Shown: positions 17,680-27,683 of the stretch, in pieces
Layout of the letters: every line of letters starts with the position of its first letter
Numbering within the stretch: position 1 is the stretch's first letter
DNA from: Kiritimatiellia bacterium
Lineage (GTDB): Bacteria > Verrucomicrobiota > Kiritimatiellia > RFP12 > UBA1067
DNA: 64,000 nt
Assembly: GCA_017652705.1 (NCBI GenBank)
Contig: JAGCAM010000079.1
Coordinates: 11,475 to 75,474 of the forward strand
Direction: 5' to 3'
Translations under genes and position numbers: made by a program
Notes under the pieces: model-generated
Databases searched by the model: none
Seen by the model: only the letters and a program-made list of their open reading frames with translations
What the model was told of the DNA's origin: nothing

Positions 17680-18884
17680 TTCTTCACCTCCGCACGGGGC
17701 TCGGTCTCCAGCCAGGCGTCTCTGGACGGCAGAAACTCGTTGTTCTCCGCTATGACTTGCGACACTTTGCCGTCAAGCCCGAGAAAGCGTATCGGCTTGC
17801 CCGTGCGGTTGTCCATTTTGCAGTTGCGGACCGTAAGTCTGCGCACGGTCGCTTTGGGATCGACGCCGATCGTGTCCGCCGGCAACCGGGTTTCGTTGCG
17901 GTAAACGCGCTCCACGGTGAGATTGCCGATGTCGTTCGGCCCCTCCACCTCGATGATCGGCATCCTGCGCCGGTACCAGACGTCCATCGACGGCGGGCCG
18001 AACTCCTTGGAAGCGAACACGTCGGTAATCACGATGTCGTCCATGACTCCCCGTGGTTTCTGCGGAAAGTAATGGGTGAGCCCCACCGTGTAGCAGTAGA
18101 AGTTGCCGTGGACGTTTCTGATGGTCACGCGTTTAAGTTCGGCGCCGGCGGAGAGGAGACGCGCGGCGCTGTGGCAGTATTCGCAGTAAAGTCCGTCGAT
18201 GTCGACGTCGGTTATCGGGCCCTCTTCCGGCGAGCAGATGCCGTCGTTAGCGTTGAGCGCGACCATGTCGTCGAAACAGGTTCCACGCAGGTTGGTTATC
18301 CGGAAATGGTGGCAGAAGCCGTCGAGATGGACGCCGTCGAGGTTGAGCGGTATCGGATTCCATTTTTTATAGTCGAAGGTAACGTCGTCGACGGTGACGT
18401 ACGACGCCTTGGCGAATTCGATGCCGTACGTCACTGGATTGCGTATCGTCACGCCGCGCAGAGTCACATTCTCGACGTGGCAGAAACGCATACCGATGCC
18501 GATGAACCATTCGGGGTCGAATTTTTCCGGGATCTTCGCCCGCAACTCCGGCAGATGCATGAAGTTGCCGGTCTGACTGACGTTGTCGGCGTCCCAGATG
18601 CCGCCGGTGACGGCGACGAAACGGTTGGTGCCGCCGCCGCGGTAGCATTTGTTCTCGAGCATAGGGCAGTCCGAACCCGGCGCCAGGCGCACGACAGAGA
18701 AACGGTCGAGCCGCAATTCCGTGTTCGAACCGATGCGAAGGGTTTTGGAGATGCGGTAATGCGCGGCCGGCGGCGGCAGATACACGCACGCAGCCCCTGA
18801 ATCGAGACGTTCCTGTATCGCCGCGGTGTCATCCGCGATTCCGTCGCCGACTATCGCGGCGAGCGCCAACATCCACAATGTCAT
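17676..18884 (-). CDS. right-handed beta-helix protein (pectate_lyase_3/GH28-like)
   Basis: 402 aa. GDGIADDTAAIQERLD is the hallmark N-terminal motif of this fold family. An SD AAGGAGA lies upstream. Confidence 0.7.
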   Translation of the reverse strand: MTLWMLALAAIVGDGIADDTAAIQERLDSGAACVYLPPPAAHYRISKTLRIGSNTELRLDRFSVVRLAPGSDCPMLENKCYRGGGTNRFVAVTGGIWDADNVSQTGNFMHLPELRAKIPEKFDPEWFIGIGMRFCHVENVTLRGVTIRNPVTYGIEFAKASYVTVDDVTFDYKKWNPIPLNLDGVHLDGFCHHFRITNLRGTCFDDMVALNANDGICSPEEGPITDVDIDGLYCEYCHSAARLLSAGAELKRVTIRNVHGNFYCYTVGLTHYFPQKPRGVMDDIVITDVFASKEFGPPSMDVWYRRRMPIIEVEGPNDIGNLTVERVYRNETRLPADTIGVDPKATVRRLTVRNCKMDNRTGKPIRFLGLDGKVSQVIAENNEFLPSRDAWLETEPRAEVKK

Positions 18885-18935
18885 GACTAATCTCCTTCGT
18901 CGCTTTTTTTCTTCATGTCAGCACAGAAACTTCAT

Positions 18936-19012
18936 TGGTGGGACCGCCGGGAATCGAACCCGGAACCTACGGTTTAGGAAACCGTCGCTCTGTCCAGTTG
19001 AGCTACGATCCC
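18936..19012 (-). tRNA. tRNA-Arg (anticodon CCT), CCA encoded
   Basis: I folded the cloverleaf by hand. Acceptor GGGATCG/CGGTCCC, D stem GCTC/GAGC, anticodon stem ACGGT/ACCGT with loop TTCCTAA, T arm CCGGG-TTCGATT-CCCGG. Total 77 nt. Confidence 0.9.
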
Positions 19013-19089
19013 GCGTTTTTGTCAGAACTTTCTTCCGTCATTGCCAAACACTTGGAAAACGAAGCGGCGAGTAATCGTTAGTTCCGTGT

Positions 19090-19119
19090 ATGATATCATT
19101 TCAAACCCGCGATTGTCAA
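19090..19119 (-). promoter_or_regulatory. near-consensus promoter of tRNA-Arg: TTGACA-N18-TATCAT with TG
   Basis: The -35 is tgtcaa at 19114-19119 (RC TTGACA). The extended -10 is atgatatca at 19090-19098 (RC TGATATCAT). It begins 12 nt after the stop of the upstream 1749-aa gene. Confidence 0.6.
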
Positions 19120-19130
19120 TGCGAAGGCGG

Positions 19131-22100
19131 TCATCGGCCTGCGATTTTAATCGTGCCCGGCTTCAGACCGGGTGCGGTTACAGTCAGCTCAGGGGCGTCG
19201 CCGGTGCCCCGGTAGCGCCTCACCGCCACCACCGCTTTGCCGAACCACAGCGAGTGCCCTTTCAGACTCTTGAAAGACACCATCGACCGGGGATCGCCGT
19301 TGCCTACCGCCGCGATTTCACCCGGGCCTTTCAACAAGACGTCGAACTTCGCGTCCGAGACCGGCGAACGGTTGCCTTTCGAGTCCACCGCGTCAATCTG
19401 CACGAAAACCAGATCGGAGCCTTCCGCCGAATACGGATCGCGCGTGAGCCTGATCGCCTTCGGCGCACCTGCCGTTTTCATCTTCGCTTCGCCGATTTTC
19501 TCCCCGCCGCGGTACGCCACAGCTTTCAGCTCACCAGGCCTGTACGGCACGTCGAACCAACGCAGTCTGTACTTCGCGCACACTTCATAATACCTGTTGG
19601 TGAGCGCAGGGTTGCGTTCCACCACCCCCTTGCGGCGGCGGCCGAGCGATCTGCCGTTGAGAAAAAGTTCCGCCTCGTCGCCTGATGTGTAGACGTAGAC
19701 AGGCACTTTGGTCCCTTTATGATCATTCCAGTTCCAGTGCGGAAGAATGTGCACAGTCTCCGCCTTTTTGTTCCAGTGCGAGCGGTAGAGATGCCAGCGG
19801 TCTTTTGGAATGGCGCAGATGTCGGCGGCGCCGAAGTAGGAACTGCGCGAAGTGTCGGCGACGGTGAAGCTGCGGCCGGCCGCCTTGACATAGTGGCTGC
19901 CAAACTCGCTGGCGCCGAGGAACCAGAGTGTGTAGGGGGTGGGCTCGCCAATGTAGTCGATGCCCGACCAGACAAATTCGCCGCAAACGTAGCGGTCGCG
20001 TTCCATCCGGTCGAATTCGACGTCGGCGATGTCGCCCCAGGTCGCGGCGATCTGGTCGTAGCCGTCGACTTTCCAGTTTTTGACGTCGGCGCGGAACCAT
20101 TCTCCGTGCTCGGTGTTGTTGGTGTTGGACCACCCCTCGCGTTCTTCGTTGCCGGCGAACGGAACCCGGTAGAAGCCGTAGTCGGAGAACGCGCTCGCGG
20201 ATTCCGAATAGAACAGCGGCATCGCCGGGTTGCGCGCGTGCATGTGGCGGTAGCTGCCGCCGTAGTTCCAGCCGTTGAGGTCGAGTCCGTCGAGATCGCC
20301 TTTTTCGACGGCCTTTACGTAGCAGCAGCCAATGCCGACCGGACGGGTGGAGTCTTCGGAGAGAACCGCCTTGCGGAAACGGTCGCAGCGTTCGCGGGAG
20401 GTGCCCTGGGAATATTCCTCGCAGTTGAAATAGATTTCATTGCCGAGCGACCAGGTGAACACGCAGGGATGGTTGCGGTCGCGGCGGACGAACGCCTTAA
20501 GATTGCGCTCGACGTATTCTTCGAGATTCTCCCCGGGGAGCCGCCCGGCGGTGCCGTCCCATTTGTCGAAACATTCATCCCAGACTAGGATGCCAAGTTC
20601 GTCGCAGAGATCGAGCAACTGCGGGGCGGGGCAGTTGTGCGAGGTGCGTACGGCGTTCACGCCCATGTCGCGCATGCAGAGAAGCTGGCGCTTCGCGGCG
20701 TCGCGGTCGAACGCCATGCCGAGCGGCCCCAGATCGGAATGGAGGTTGACGCCGTGAATCTGCAGGCGGCGTCCGTTGAGAAACAGTCCGTTGGTGGTTA
20801 CGGAAACGGAGCGCACCCCGTAGCGGAACTTTTCACCGGCGACGGCGTATTCGTAGAGATAAGGGTCGTCCACGTCCCAGAGACGTGGTTTGAGAATTTT
20901 GAACGAGGCGGACTTTGGACCCGAAAGTGTGCGCCAGCTGACGTTGACGGTCGCCTCGGCGGCGGATATTTTCGGAGTGGTGATCGCCACCGAGCCGGGG
21001 ATGGCGTGACCGTCGCCGCGGGTCACGAGGCGAACGCTGCGGTAAATGCCGCCGCCGGGGTACCAGCGCGATTTGTGGTCGGTCGTGTCGGCGGAGACTT
21101 CAAGACTGTTTTCACCGTTGACGACAAGAGCGGACACATCGAGGATGAAGGATGCGTAGCCGTAATCCCACCCGCCGGCGTCTTTGCCGTTGACCTTGAC
21201 TTTCGGGCGGGCCATCACTCCGTCGAATTCAAGGTAGACCCGCTCGCCCGGCTTGCCGGACTTGCGCCAGACGAAGCTGCGTCGGTAGTCGCCTTTGCCG
21301 CACCACGACAGCTTGCCGGTGGCGTAGTCGTTGGTGTGGTTGAACGGCCCCGCTATCGCCCAATCATGGGGAACCCGCACCTTTGACCAAGCGGAGGAGC
21401 CGCCGCGGCGGAATTCCCAGGCGTCACCGTCGAGAGAGATGGATCGGAACGCCGAGTCGACGTTTTCCCTGGCGAAAGCGGAGAGGTCGGGTTCACCCCA
21501 CAGCGGAACGTAATTGCGGTCTCCGAGAGTTACCGCGAAGGAGGATATCTCCTCGAAACCGAGGAGGCGGTAGTATTCCACGTCGGCGGCGACGACGTCC
21601 TTCGCCTGGCGGAAAAGTTTCACGGGAGATGTCCAGTGGGAGTACAGGGAATTGTCGAACCAGTATTCGAGAACGCGAGAACCGGCGGAGCCGAACTTTT
21701 CAATCAGGGCTTTAAGGGGCTTGGTCTCGCCGTTGTTCTGGTCGGCGAGGGGACGGCCGAGATCGCGTTTGATGGGGGCGTATTCAAGGAACACGCCTTT
21801 GACCGGTTTCACTTTCTCCGGCGGGTTGATGGCGTCGGCGTAGGCAAGGTAGCAGAGTTCGGCGTCGGGTATGAACTTGCGCAATTCGGTCACGATGGCG
21901 TTGGCGAAAATCAGCTGCTGGTCGCTGGCGGAGAATCCGCGGCATTTTTCGCATTTGCACACGCCGCCGTGCACGTCGTCAAGCCACAGACAGTAGCGGC
22001 GGTTGCCGCCGTAGAGGGCCTTGGCGAGTTCGACCGCGCGTTTCCCCGCAATGTTCATGGCTTCGGGGTTGGAGAAGCAGAAGTTCTTGTCCCTGCAGCG

Positions 22101-24380
22101 GGCGCCCTTCTCGTCCATGCGGAAATATTCGGGGTGAACGTCGAAAAGGTTGCGCGGCAGCAGCCAGCTGGCGGCGTGGATTTCATAGCCGATGTCGATG
22201 CCGAGGGCTTTGGCGCGGTCGATGAGGGCGCGGTAGCCGGGCTCTTTCAGTCTGGCGAGTGTTTTATCGAGCGCGACTTCGGCCTGGCCGCCGCCGCCGG
22301 GATGGATGGAAAGATTGTGGAGACCGAGATTCACCGCGCGGTCCACCCAGCGGTCGGAGAGTTCGTCGGTGCCGATTACGAGGGATGTTTTAAGCGCCCC
22401 GGCCGGCGGAGCGGCCGGCTTTTTTTCACGGAACCAGACCTGCATGTCGTTGCCGGGCTGGCGGTGGTCCCACGCGAAGTACGGTATCAGTTTCAGCCCG
22501 TTGGAAGCTTTGAGCGCGGGGAAGGTCTTGTCGCCGATCACGATGGTGTCGTCGGTGAAAGTGGCGTCTTCGGGAAGAACGGCGTCGTAGGCCGCGCCGC
22601 CGTTGTCGCAGCCTTCGGCGCAGTAGAGCATGGGGCCGCGTTCGACGGCGAGACGGCCGAGGTCGTCGACGACGGCGCGGTGGGCGCGGATACGCTTGAC
22701 CGGCATGGGGAAATTGACTTCGACTTTGTCGCCGGCCTTCCATTTTCTGTCGATGTCGATGTAGCCGTCTTTGCCCGGTGCGGGGTCAAGAGCGGCGCCG
22801 TTCACCGAGAGAGTGATTTCCTTGACGCTTGCGGGCACGGTCTGGGTGTACAGGTCGCCGGGCACCGGTTCACCTTTCGCCCAGCCGGGAACGCGGAGTT
22901 TTAGCGTGAACCGCTTTTCGGCGGCCGGGCTGACGGCCAGCGTTGCGCGGCCGTTCCACGGATATCCCGTGTCGCATTTGAACTTGACCCCTTCCACCTC
23001 GGCTTCGCCCTGCATGACGAGGTTCCAGAATATGTTCGCGCCGTCGGTCGCCCACGCGAAGGACGGTATCTGGGGGATGAAGCGGACGTCATTCACCGGG
23101 CAGCAGCTGCAGCCGAACCACTTCGAACGTCTGTAACCTCCTTTGCAGGCGAGCGGGTTGGGGTAGAAGTACTCGTCGCCGGTGAGTGACACGCCGGAGA
23201 GGAATCCGTTGTAGATGACCCGCTCGAGTATATCGACGTATTTGGATTCGCCGGAAAAGCGGAACATACGTTCGTTCCACAGGGCGTTGGCGATCGCGGC
23301 GCAGGTTTCCAGATAGGTCACGCGGTAGTCGTTGGGCAGCAGATAGTCGCGCTCGAACGCCTCGCCGCGGGGGGTTCCGCCGACGCCGCCGGTGAGGTGC
23401 AGCTTGCGACCAGAAACGTTGAGCCAGATGGCGGAAATCGCGTCGAGGTACGCCTTGTCGCCGGTGAGGGCGGCGACGTCGGCGACACCGCAGTACAGGT
23501 AGCCGGCGCGCACAGCGTGGCCGACCGCCTCGCGCTGGAGGACGACGGGCATGTGATCCTGGATGCCCGCGCCCGGGGCGACGATGGGGTCGACCGGTTC
23601 ACCGCCGGGGCCGACCGGCCGCCCGTCTTCGAGAGACCTGCCGCGGCCGCGCATTTCAATGAAGTGGCGCGCGAGGTTGAGATAACGCTTCCTGCCGGTC
23701 ACCCGGTAGAGCTTGGCGAGGGCGAGCTCGATTTCCTCATGGCCGGGCGCGTCTTTGAGCTGGGTCGGGTCGGGCCCGAACACGCGGCAGAAAAGATCGG
23801 CGGATTTTACGGCGACGTCGAGGAAATTGCGCTTGCCGGTGGCCCGGAACCACGCGCAGGCGGCTTCGATCATGTGCCCGTTGTTGTAAAGTTCGTGGCT
23901 GGAGCCGATGTTGGACCAGCGAACGGGGCCCATCATGCCGCTGCTGCCGCCGCCTTTGCTGAAGTGCCAGTGGCCGAGCGTTCTGGCGGTGTAGAGGTAG
24001 CCGTCTAATTCCTGCGCTTTGGCGAACTGACCGATAAGCCAGTCGCAGTATTTTTCAAGTTCGGGGTCGGGGTGGTTGGCGAGCACGTAGGCCGCCCCTT
24101 CCACCACCTTGAACACGTCGGAATCGTCGAAGGGAATTCCGCCGAACTTGCCGGCGCGGGCGGCGGCGTTGGTGAAGTTGGCGATGCGCGGCGTCTCGTT
24201 GCATTTGTCGAAACAGTTTTTGAGGGTGGAAAGACGGTTCGTCTCCAGCCGGTCGTACCAGAAGCCGCCGGTGACTCTGACCTTGGTCATGTCGGCGGAG
24301 CGGATCGGGTAGTCGTTGGCGGCGGCGGCCGCAGCGGCGGCAACGAACGCTGCGACGGCGACAGAGAGTTTCTTTTTCAT
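19131..24380 (-). CDS. secreted triple-fusion glycosidase: GH127 (DUF1680) + DUF4838-like core + GH2
   Basis: 1749 aa with a signal peptide.
- GH127 motifs: HELYNNGHMIEAACAW, GHEEIELALAKLYRVTG, CSCCPVN.
- A Pro/Ala linker follows.
- The DUF4838-like block contains VCKCEKC.
- GH2 part: WSKVRVPHDWAIAGPFN, NHPCVFTWSLGNEI, GEFVWSGIDYIGEP. Confidence 0.85.
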   Translation of the reverse strand: MKKKLSVAVAAFVAAAAAAAANDYPIRSADMTKVRVTGGFWYDRLETNRLSTLKNCFDKCNETPRIANFTNAAARAGKFGGIPFDDSDVFKVVEGAAYVLANHPDPELEKYCDWLIGQFAKAQELDGYLYTARTLGHWHFSKGGGSSGMMGPVRWSNIGSSHELYNNGHMIEAACAWFRATGKRNFLDVAVKSADLFCRVFGPDPTQLKDAPGHEEIELALAKLYRVTGRKRYLNLARHFIEMRGRGRSLEDGRPVGPGGEPVDPIVAPGAGIQDHMPVVLQREAVGHAVRAGYLYCGVADVAALTGDKAYLDAISAIWLNVSGRKLHLTGGVGGTPRGEAFERDYLLPNDYRVTYLETCAAIANALWNERMFRFSGESKYVDILERVIYNGFLSGVSLTGDEYFYPNPLACKGGYRRSKWFGCSCCPVNDVRFIPQIPSFAWATDGANIFWNLVMQGEAEVEGVKFKCDTGYPWNGRATLAVSPAAEKRFTLKLRVPGWAKGEPVPGDLYTQTVPASVKEITLSVNGAALDPAPGKDGYIDIDRKWKAGDKVEVNFPMPVKRIRAHRAVVDDLGRLAVERGPMLYCAEGCDNGGAAYDAVLPEDATFTDDTIVIGDKTFPALKASNGLKLIPYFAWDHRQPGNDMQVWFREKKPAAPPAGALKTSLVIGTDELSDRWVDRAVNLGLHNLSIHPGGGGQAEVALDKTLARLKEPGYRALIDRAKALGIDIGYEIHAASWLLPRNLFDVHPEYFRMDEKGARCRDKNFCFSNPEAMNIAGKRAVELAKALYGGNRRYCLWLDDVHGGVCKCEKCRGFSASDQQLIFANAIVTELRKFIPDAELCYLAYADAINPPEKVKPVKGVFLEYAPIKRDLGRPLADQNNGETKPLKALIEKFGSAGSRVLEYWFDNSLYSHWTSPVKLFRQAKDVVAADVEYYRLLGFEEISSFAVTLGDRNYVPLWGEPDLSAFARENVDSAFRSISLDGDAWEFRRGGSSAWSKVRVPHDWAIAGPFNHTNDYATGKLSWCGKGDYRRSFVWRKSGKPGERVYLEFDGVMARPKVKVNGKDAGGWDYGYASFILDVSALVVNGENSLEVSADTTDHKSRWYPGGGIYRSVRLVTRGDGHAIPGSVAITTPKISAAEATVNVSWRTLSGPKSASFKILKPRLWDVDDPYLYEYAVAGEKFRYGVRSVSVTTNGLFLNGRRLQIHGVNLHSDLGPLGMAFDRDAAKRQLLCMRDMGVNAVRTSHNCPAPQLLDLCDELGILVWDECFDKWDGTAGRLPGENLEEYVERNLKAFVRRDRNHPCVFTWSLGNEIYFNCEEYSQGTSRERCDRFRKAVLSEDSTRPVGIGCCYVKAVEKGDLDGLDLNGWNYGGSYRHMHARNPAMPLFYSESASAFSDYGFYRVPFAGNEEREGWSNTNNTEHGEWFRADVKNWKVDGYDQIAATWGDIADVEFDRMERDRYVCGEFVWSGIDYIGEPTPYTLWFLGASEFGSHYVKAAGRSFTVADTSRSSYFGAADICAIPKDRWHLYRSHWNKKAETVHILPHWNWNDHKGTKVPVYVYTSGDEAELFLNGRSLGRRRKGVVERNPALTNRYYEVCAKYRLRWFDVPYRPGELKAVAYRGGEKIGEAKMKTAGAPKAIRLTRDPYSAEGSDLVFVQIDAVDSKGNRSPVSDAKFDVLLKGPGEIAAVGNGDPRSMVSFKSLKGHSLWFGKAVVAVRRYRGTGDAPELTVTAPGLKPGTIKIAGR

Positions 24381-24410
24381 TTCAGCGGTCTCCTTTTAAG
24401 GGTGAAGCTT

Positions 24411-24902
24411 TCACAGATGTTTGATGTTGATTTTGCCTGTGGCGAGTCCCGGGGCCGATGCCGTCAGGGTGGCGGGGCCTTTGCCGGTGCGCCGAAGGAT
24501 TACCAGGGCCTTGCCGTGGAAAAGACGGTTGCCGGCGACGTCCTTGACCGAGTCGTAATCGCGTGGGTCGCCGTTGCCTACCGCTTCTATGACGGCGTCG
24601 CCGCGGACCGCGAAACCGACTCGGTCGCCGGCGTCGGGAACGCGCGTACCGGCTGCGTCCGCTTTCGCGGCGGTTTTCACGCTGGCCACGCCGATCTTCC
24701 TGCCCCTGAGATAGCGGACCGCCCTGAGTTCGCCCGGTTCCCACCGCACGTCAAACCAGCGCAAACGGTAGCGGCCCATAATCTTGTAATACGGGTTGTC
24801 GCGGCCTTTCCCGTTGAACTTGGCGACGTCGCCGCAGTCGCTGTGCAGCGGATAGTCGAGGCGGAGCTTCCGTTTCATTGGCCTTATTTTGTTTTGTCGC
24901 AC
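24411..24902 (-). pseudogene. stand-alone remnant of a GH2 C-terminal region (no catalytic domain)
   Basis: 155-163 aa. RYRLRWFDVRWEPGELRAV and AVGNGDPRDYDSVKDVAGNRLFHGKALVILRR align by eye with the last ~150 aa of the adjacent 1749-aa protein, with an internal gap. Confidence 0.6.
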
Positions 24903-24912
24903 TGAATGGCGG

Positions 24913-27669
24913 TCATTGCTCGACGAATTTCAGTACGCCGAAGGCGTTGAGATCGCTGTTGAAATTGCCGAACCTGTTGTAAAGCCGCGAAAGTTCCCAC
25001 ACCGAACCGGGGGTGCGCTTCGACTTGTCTTTGAGCCAGGCGTCGGCGATTCTCAGCCGCGCGATGTTGCCGTTCCAGTGGATGCCGCCCTGCGTGGTCG
25101 GTATTTTCGCGTCGGCGAAGAAACCGAGGTCGCTGTACGGTATGTAGATTTCGACCGACCAGGAGTCTTTGTTGATTTTCGCCCCGCTCTTCAGCCCCTT
25201 CGGTTCCCACTTCTTGGTCTGAACCCGCAACTGGTTGACGGCGTCGATCCAGAGTTTGAAATAGACGCCTTCAAGCTCGCCGGTGGGGTCGACGAAAATT
25301 TCAAGACAGTCGTTGCCCCACCAGTCGCCGGCCGGGTGCGAAGTCTGCAGGCGGTCGGGGGTCTTCTCCATGCAGGTGATGCCGAACACCACGCCTTGCG
25401 AAGTCCATACCGCCTGCACGTAAGTCGGATATTTCGCCACGGTGTTGGTGCGGCTGCCGCTGCCGTCGATACCCGCGAGCGCGCAGGAGAGCGGCTCGGC
25501 GAGCTTCCAGCACGGGTCGGAGAGGTCGCCGTCGATTTTCGGAAGTTCGGCGGCCTTGCGCATGTGCAGGTCGGGGAAGGCCTTGTTGTTGGCGTACTCC
25601 CAGCTTTCCCTGAAAAACCGCTCGAAGGGTTTGGCGTAGTAGGCGAGACGGTTCGAGGCGGCCGCATCGTCGGCGAGAGCCCTGAACGACTCTTTGATTA
25701 TGCGTTCCATCTCCTCCACCTCGGCGCGCGGGTAGCTGATGCCGAAAACGTTTTTGCTGGTGACGCTCGGCCGCTTCCACTGCCGTGCCCACCCTTTCTC
25801 CTGCATGTCGATAAGTTTGCGCATCGGCGCGGCGGCCTTGCCGAACATCCGACTGGCGAATTCGTCGTAGACGTCTTTCGCCTCGAAGCCGGGGTTCCAC
25901 ATCGCCCGCACCCAGACGTAGGCGGAGAGCCCGAGCCGGTCGACCGGATACCCCCCGTTCAGGAAAGATCCGCAGATCACGCCCTTCATCCTGCGGTAGA
26001 ATTCAACAGCGGTGCCGCCGAAAACGTAAGGGGCGCAAGTCCGGTCGGCCGGCCAGCAGATGTAGTGCCAGTTCTGCACGGGGTTGCCGGTCGCCTTCGC
26101 CCATTGGCGCATGAGCTCCTCCTCGTGTCTGCGGGCTGATTCCTGGGCGAGCAGCGCGAGGCCCGGCATGGTGCACAGAAACGCGTCCACGTTGCCTTCG
26201 GCCGTGAGATCGAGACCTTTGGGCACGTCGCAGGTGTTGATGTAGGGAAGTATGGAAATGCGCCAGTCGGGATATTTCCGCTTCATCCATTTGGCGAGTT
26301 CCTTGGTGAAATACCCCCAGATTATCGGCGAAGCGTCGCCCGTGGGCGCGGCTGACTTGTCCACGAGTTTTTTGCAGAAATCGCAGTGGCAGACGACGGC
26401 GGCGTCGTACTGCGAAACGGTTACGGTTTTGCGCTGCACGTCGACGGGGTCGCCCATAAAGCCGCGGCGTTTGCCCTCGACCGTCAGGTTGATGTGCTCC
26501 TTGTAGGTCTGCAGCGTGCGGGGGTTGCCGTAACAGAGCATGGCGGTGCGGGCGCGTTCGCCGTTTTCGGACAGGGCGAAGATTTCCGGTCGCCCCGTCC
26601 AGCGGCTCGGCTTGTAACCGAGATTGGGGTCGACGTGCCAGTAGCTCGGGGTGTGGACCCGGTGCGATGACTGGTGGGCGTCGCCGAATTTCCAGCCGCG
26701 GTGACCCGCTGCGAATTCGGTGCGGAATTCATAGACCGGTTTGTCCGACCAGTTGAACCGTGGCAGGGCGAGACCTTCCGTTTTGATAACGAGTTCGCCG
26801 ATCTTGCGGTCGGGGTAGTACTGGCGTACGCCGAGTATCCGTTCGGCGAAGTCGTAGACGGCGTAGCCGGAGGCGGTCGCATGCGCGCCGATGAGGAAAA
26901 CGTCCCCTCCTTTGGTGAGACAGCGGAAGGCGTGTGCGCCGACGCCCCACCGGGTGTCGGGGGTGCCGGGGCGGGTGACGCCGGCTTCGCGGGCGGCGAG
27001 GGTGTCGCCGATGTAGATCGCGCCGCCGCCGGTGTAGGCGGTGTTGGTGCCGAGATGGAGAACCGGCGGCTTGGCGCCGGTCATCTTTTCGATTATTTCA
27101 GCGAGCCACACCGCTTCGCCGCGCGCTTCGGCCGCCACGATCGGCATGCGGGCGACGCCGTCGGCGACGACCACGACCGGTTCCCCGCGAGGGGCCGAGA
27201 ACGCGGTGAGCGGGGTCAGGTCTTTGGCGCGCGGATTGCCGGGCGCGAGCTGCGCTCTGGATCCGTCCTCCGCGGTGACGAAACTCCCTTTCCGTTCCGC
27301 GGCGGCGGCCGAAGTCTTGGTGAAGTAGTTGGTGGCGAGCGCGGTACGCGACGTCCGGCGGTACGCCTCGAAGAGAACTGAATACTCACCGGCCGGCAGA
27401 TCTTCGACATGCAGCGAAAGCGCATTGCGCCCGACCCGCAAGGGAACCGACTGCGTGCGGAGCATCCTGCCGGACGCGTCGCGCAGCGTCATTTTCACGC
27501 TGTCGGCGGTGCAGACCGGAACCTTTGCCTCGAAGGCGACGTAGACGTCGTCCTTGCCGAGCGTCTGCCGGTCGCCCGAGGCGCCGGTAAATCCGACGGC
27601 CGGCGCCGCGGCGGCGGCGGCGGAAAGGATTGCCGCGGCGGCGAAAAGAACCTGTGCTGTCTTTGTCAT
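24913..27669 (-). CDS. secreted DUF4838-family protein with a C-terminal CBM9-like domain
   Basis: 918 aa with a signal peptide. It has VCHCDFC, WHYICWP and PKIDGDLSDPCWK. It is a close paralog of the C-terminal 760 aa of the 30401-33721 product. Confidence 0.85.
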   Translation of the reverse strand: MTKTAQVLFAAAAILSAAAAAAPAVGFTGASGDRQTLGKDDVYVAFEAKVPVCTADSVKMTLRDASGRMLRTQSVPLRVGRNALSLHVEDLPAGEYSVLFEAYRRTSRTALATNYFTKTSAAAAERKGSFVTAEDGSRAQLAPGNPRAKDLTPLTAFSAPRGEPVVVVADGVARMPIVAAEARGEAVWLAEIIEKMTGAKPPVLHLGTNTAYTGGGAIYIGDTLAAREAGVTRPGTPDTRWGVGAHAFRCLTKGGDVFLIGAHATASGYAVYDFAERILGVRQYYPDRKIGELVIKTEGLALPRFNWSDKPVYEFRTEFAAGHRGWKFGDAHQSSHRVHTPSYWHVDPNLGYKPSRWTGRPEIFALSENGERARTAMLCYGNPRTLQTYKEHINLTVEGKRRGFMGDPVDVQRKTVTVSQYDAAVVCHCDFCKKLVDKSAAPTGDASPIIWGYFTKELAKWMKRKYPDWRISILPYINTCDVPKGLDLTAEGNVDAFLCTMPGLALLAQESARRHEEELMRQWAKATGNPVQNWHYICWPADRTCAPYVFGGTAVEFYRRMKGVICGSFLNGGYPVDRLGLSAYVWVRAMWNPGFEAKDVYDEFASRMFGKAAAPMRKLIDMQEKGWARQWKRPSVTSKNVFGISYPRAEVEEMERIIKESFRALADDAAASNRLAYYAKPFERFFRESWEYANNKAFPDLHMRKAAELPKIDGDLSDPCWKLAEPLSCALAGIDGSGSRTNTVAKYPTYVQAVWTSQGVVFGITCMEKTPDRLQTSHPAGDWWGNDCLEIFVDPTGELEGVYFKLWIDAVNQLRVQTKKWEPKGLKSGAKINKDSWSVEIYIPYSDLGFFADAKIPTTQGGIHWNGNIARLRIADAWLKDKSKRTPGSVWELSRLYNRFGNFNSDLNAFGVLKFVEQ

Positions 27670-27683
27670 TTTTCCGCGCCATT

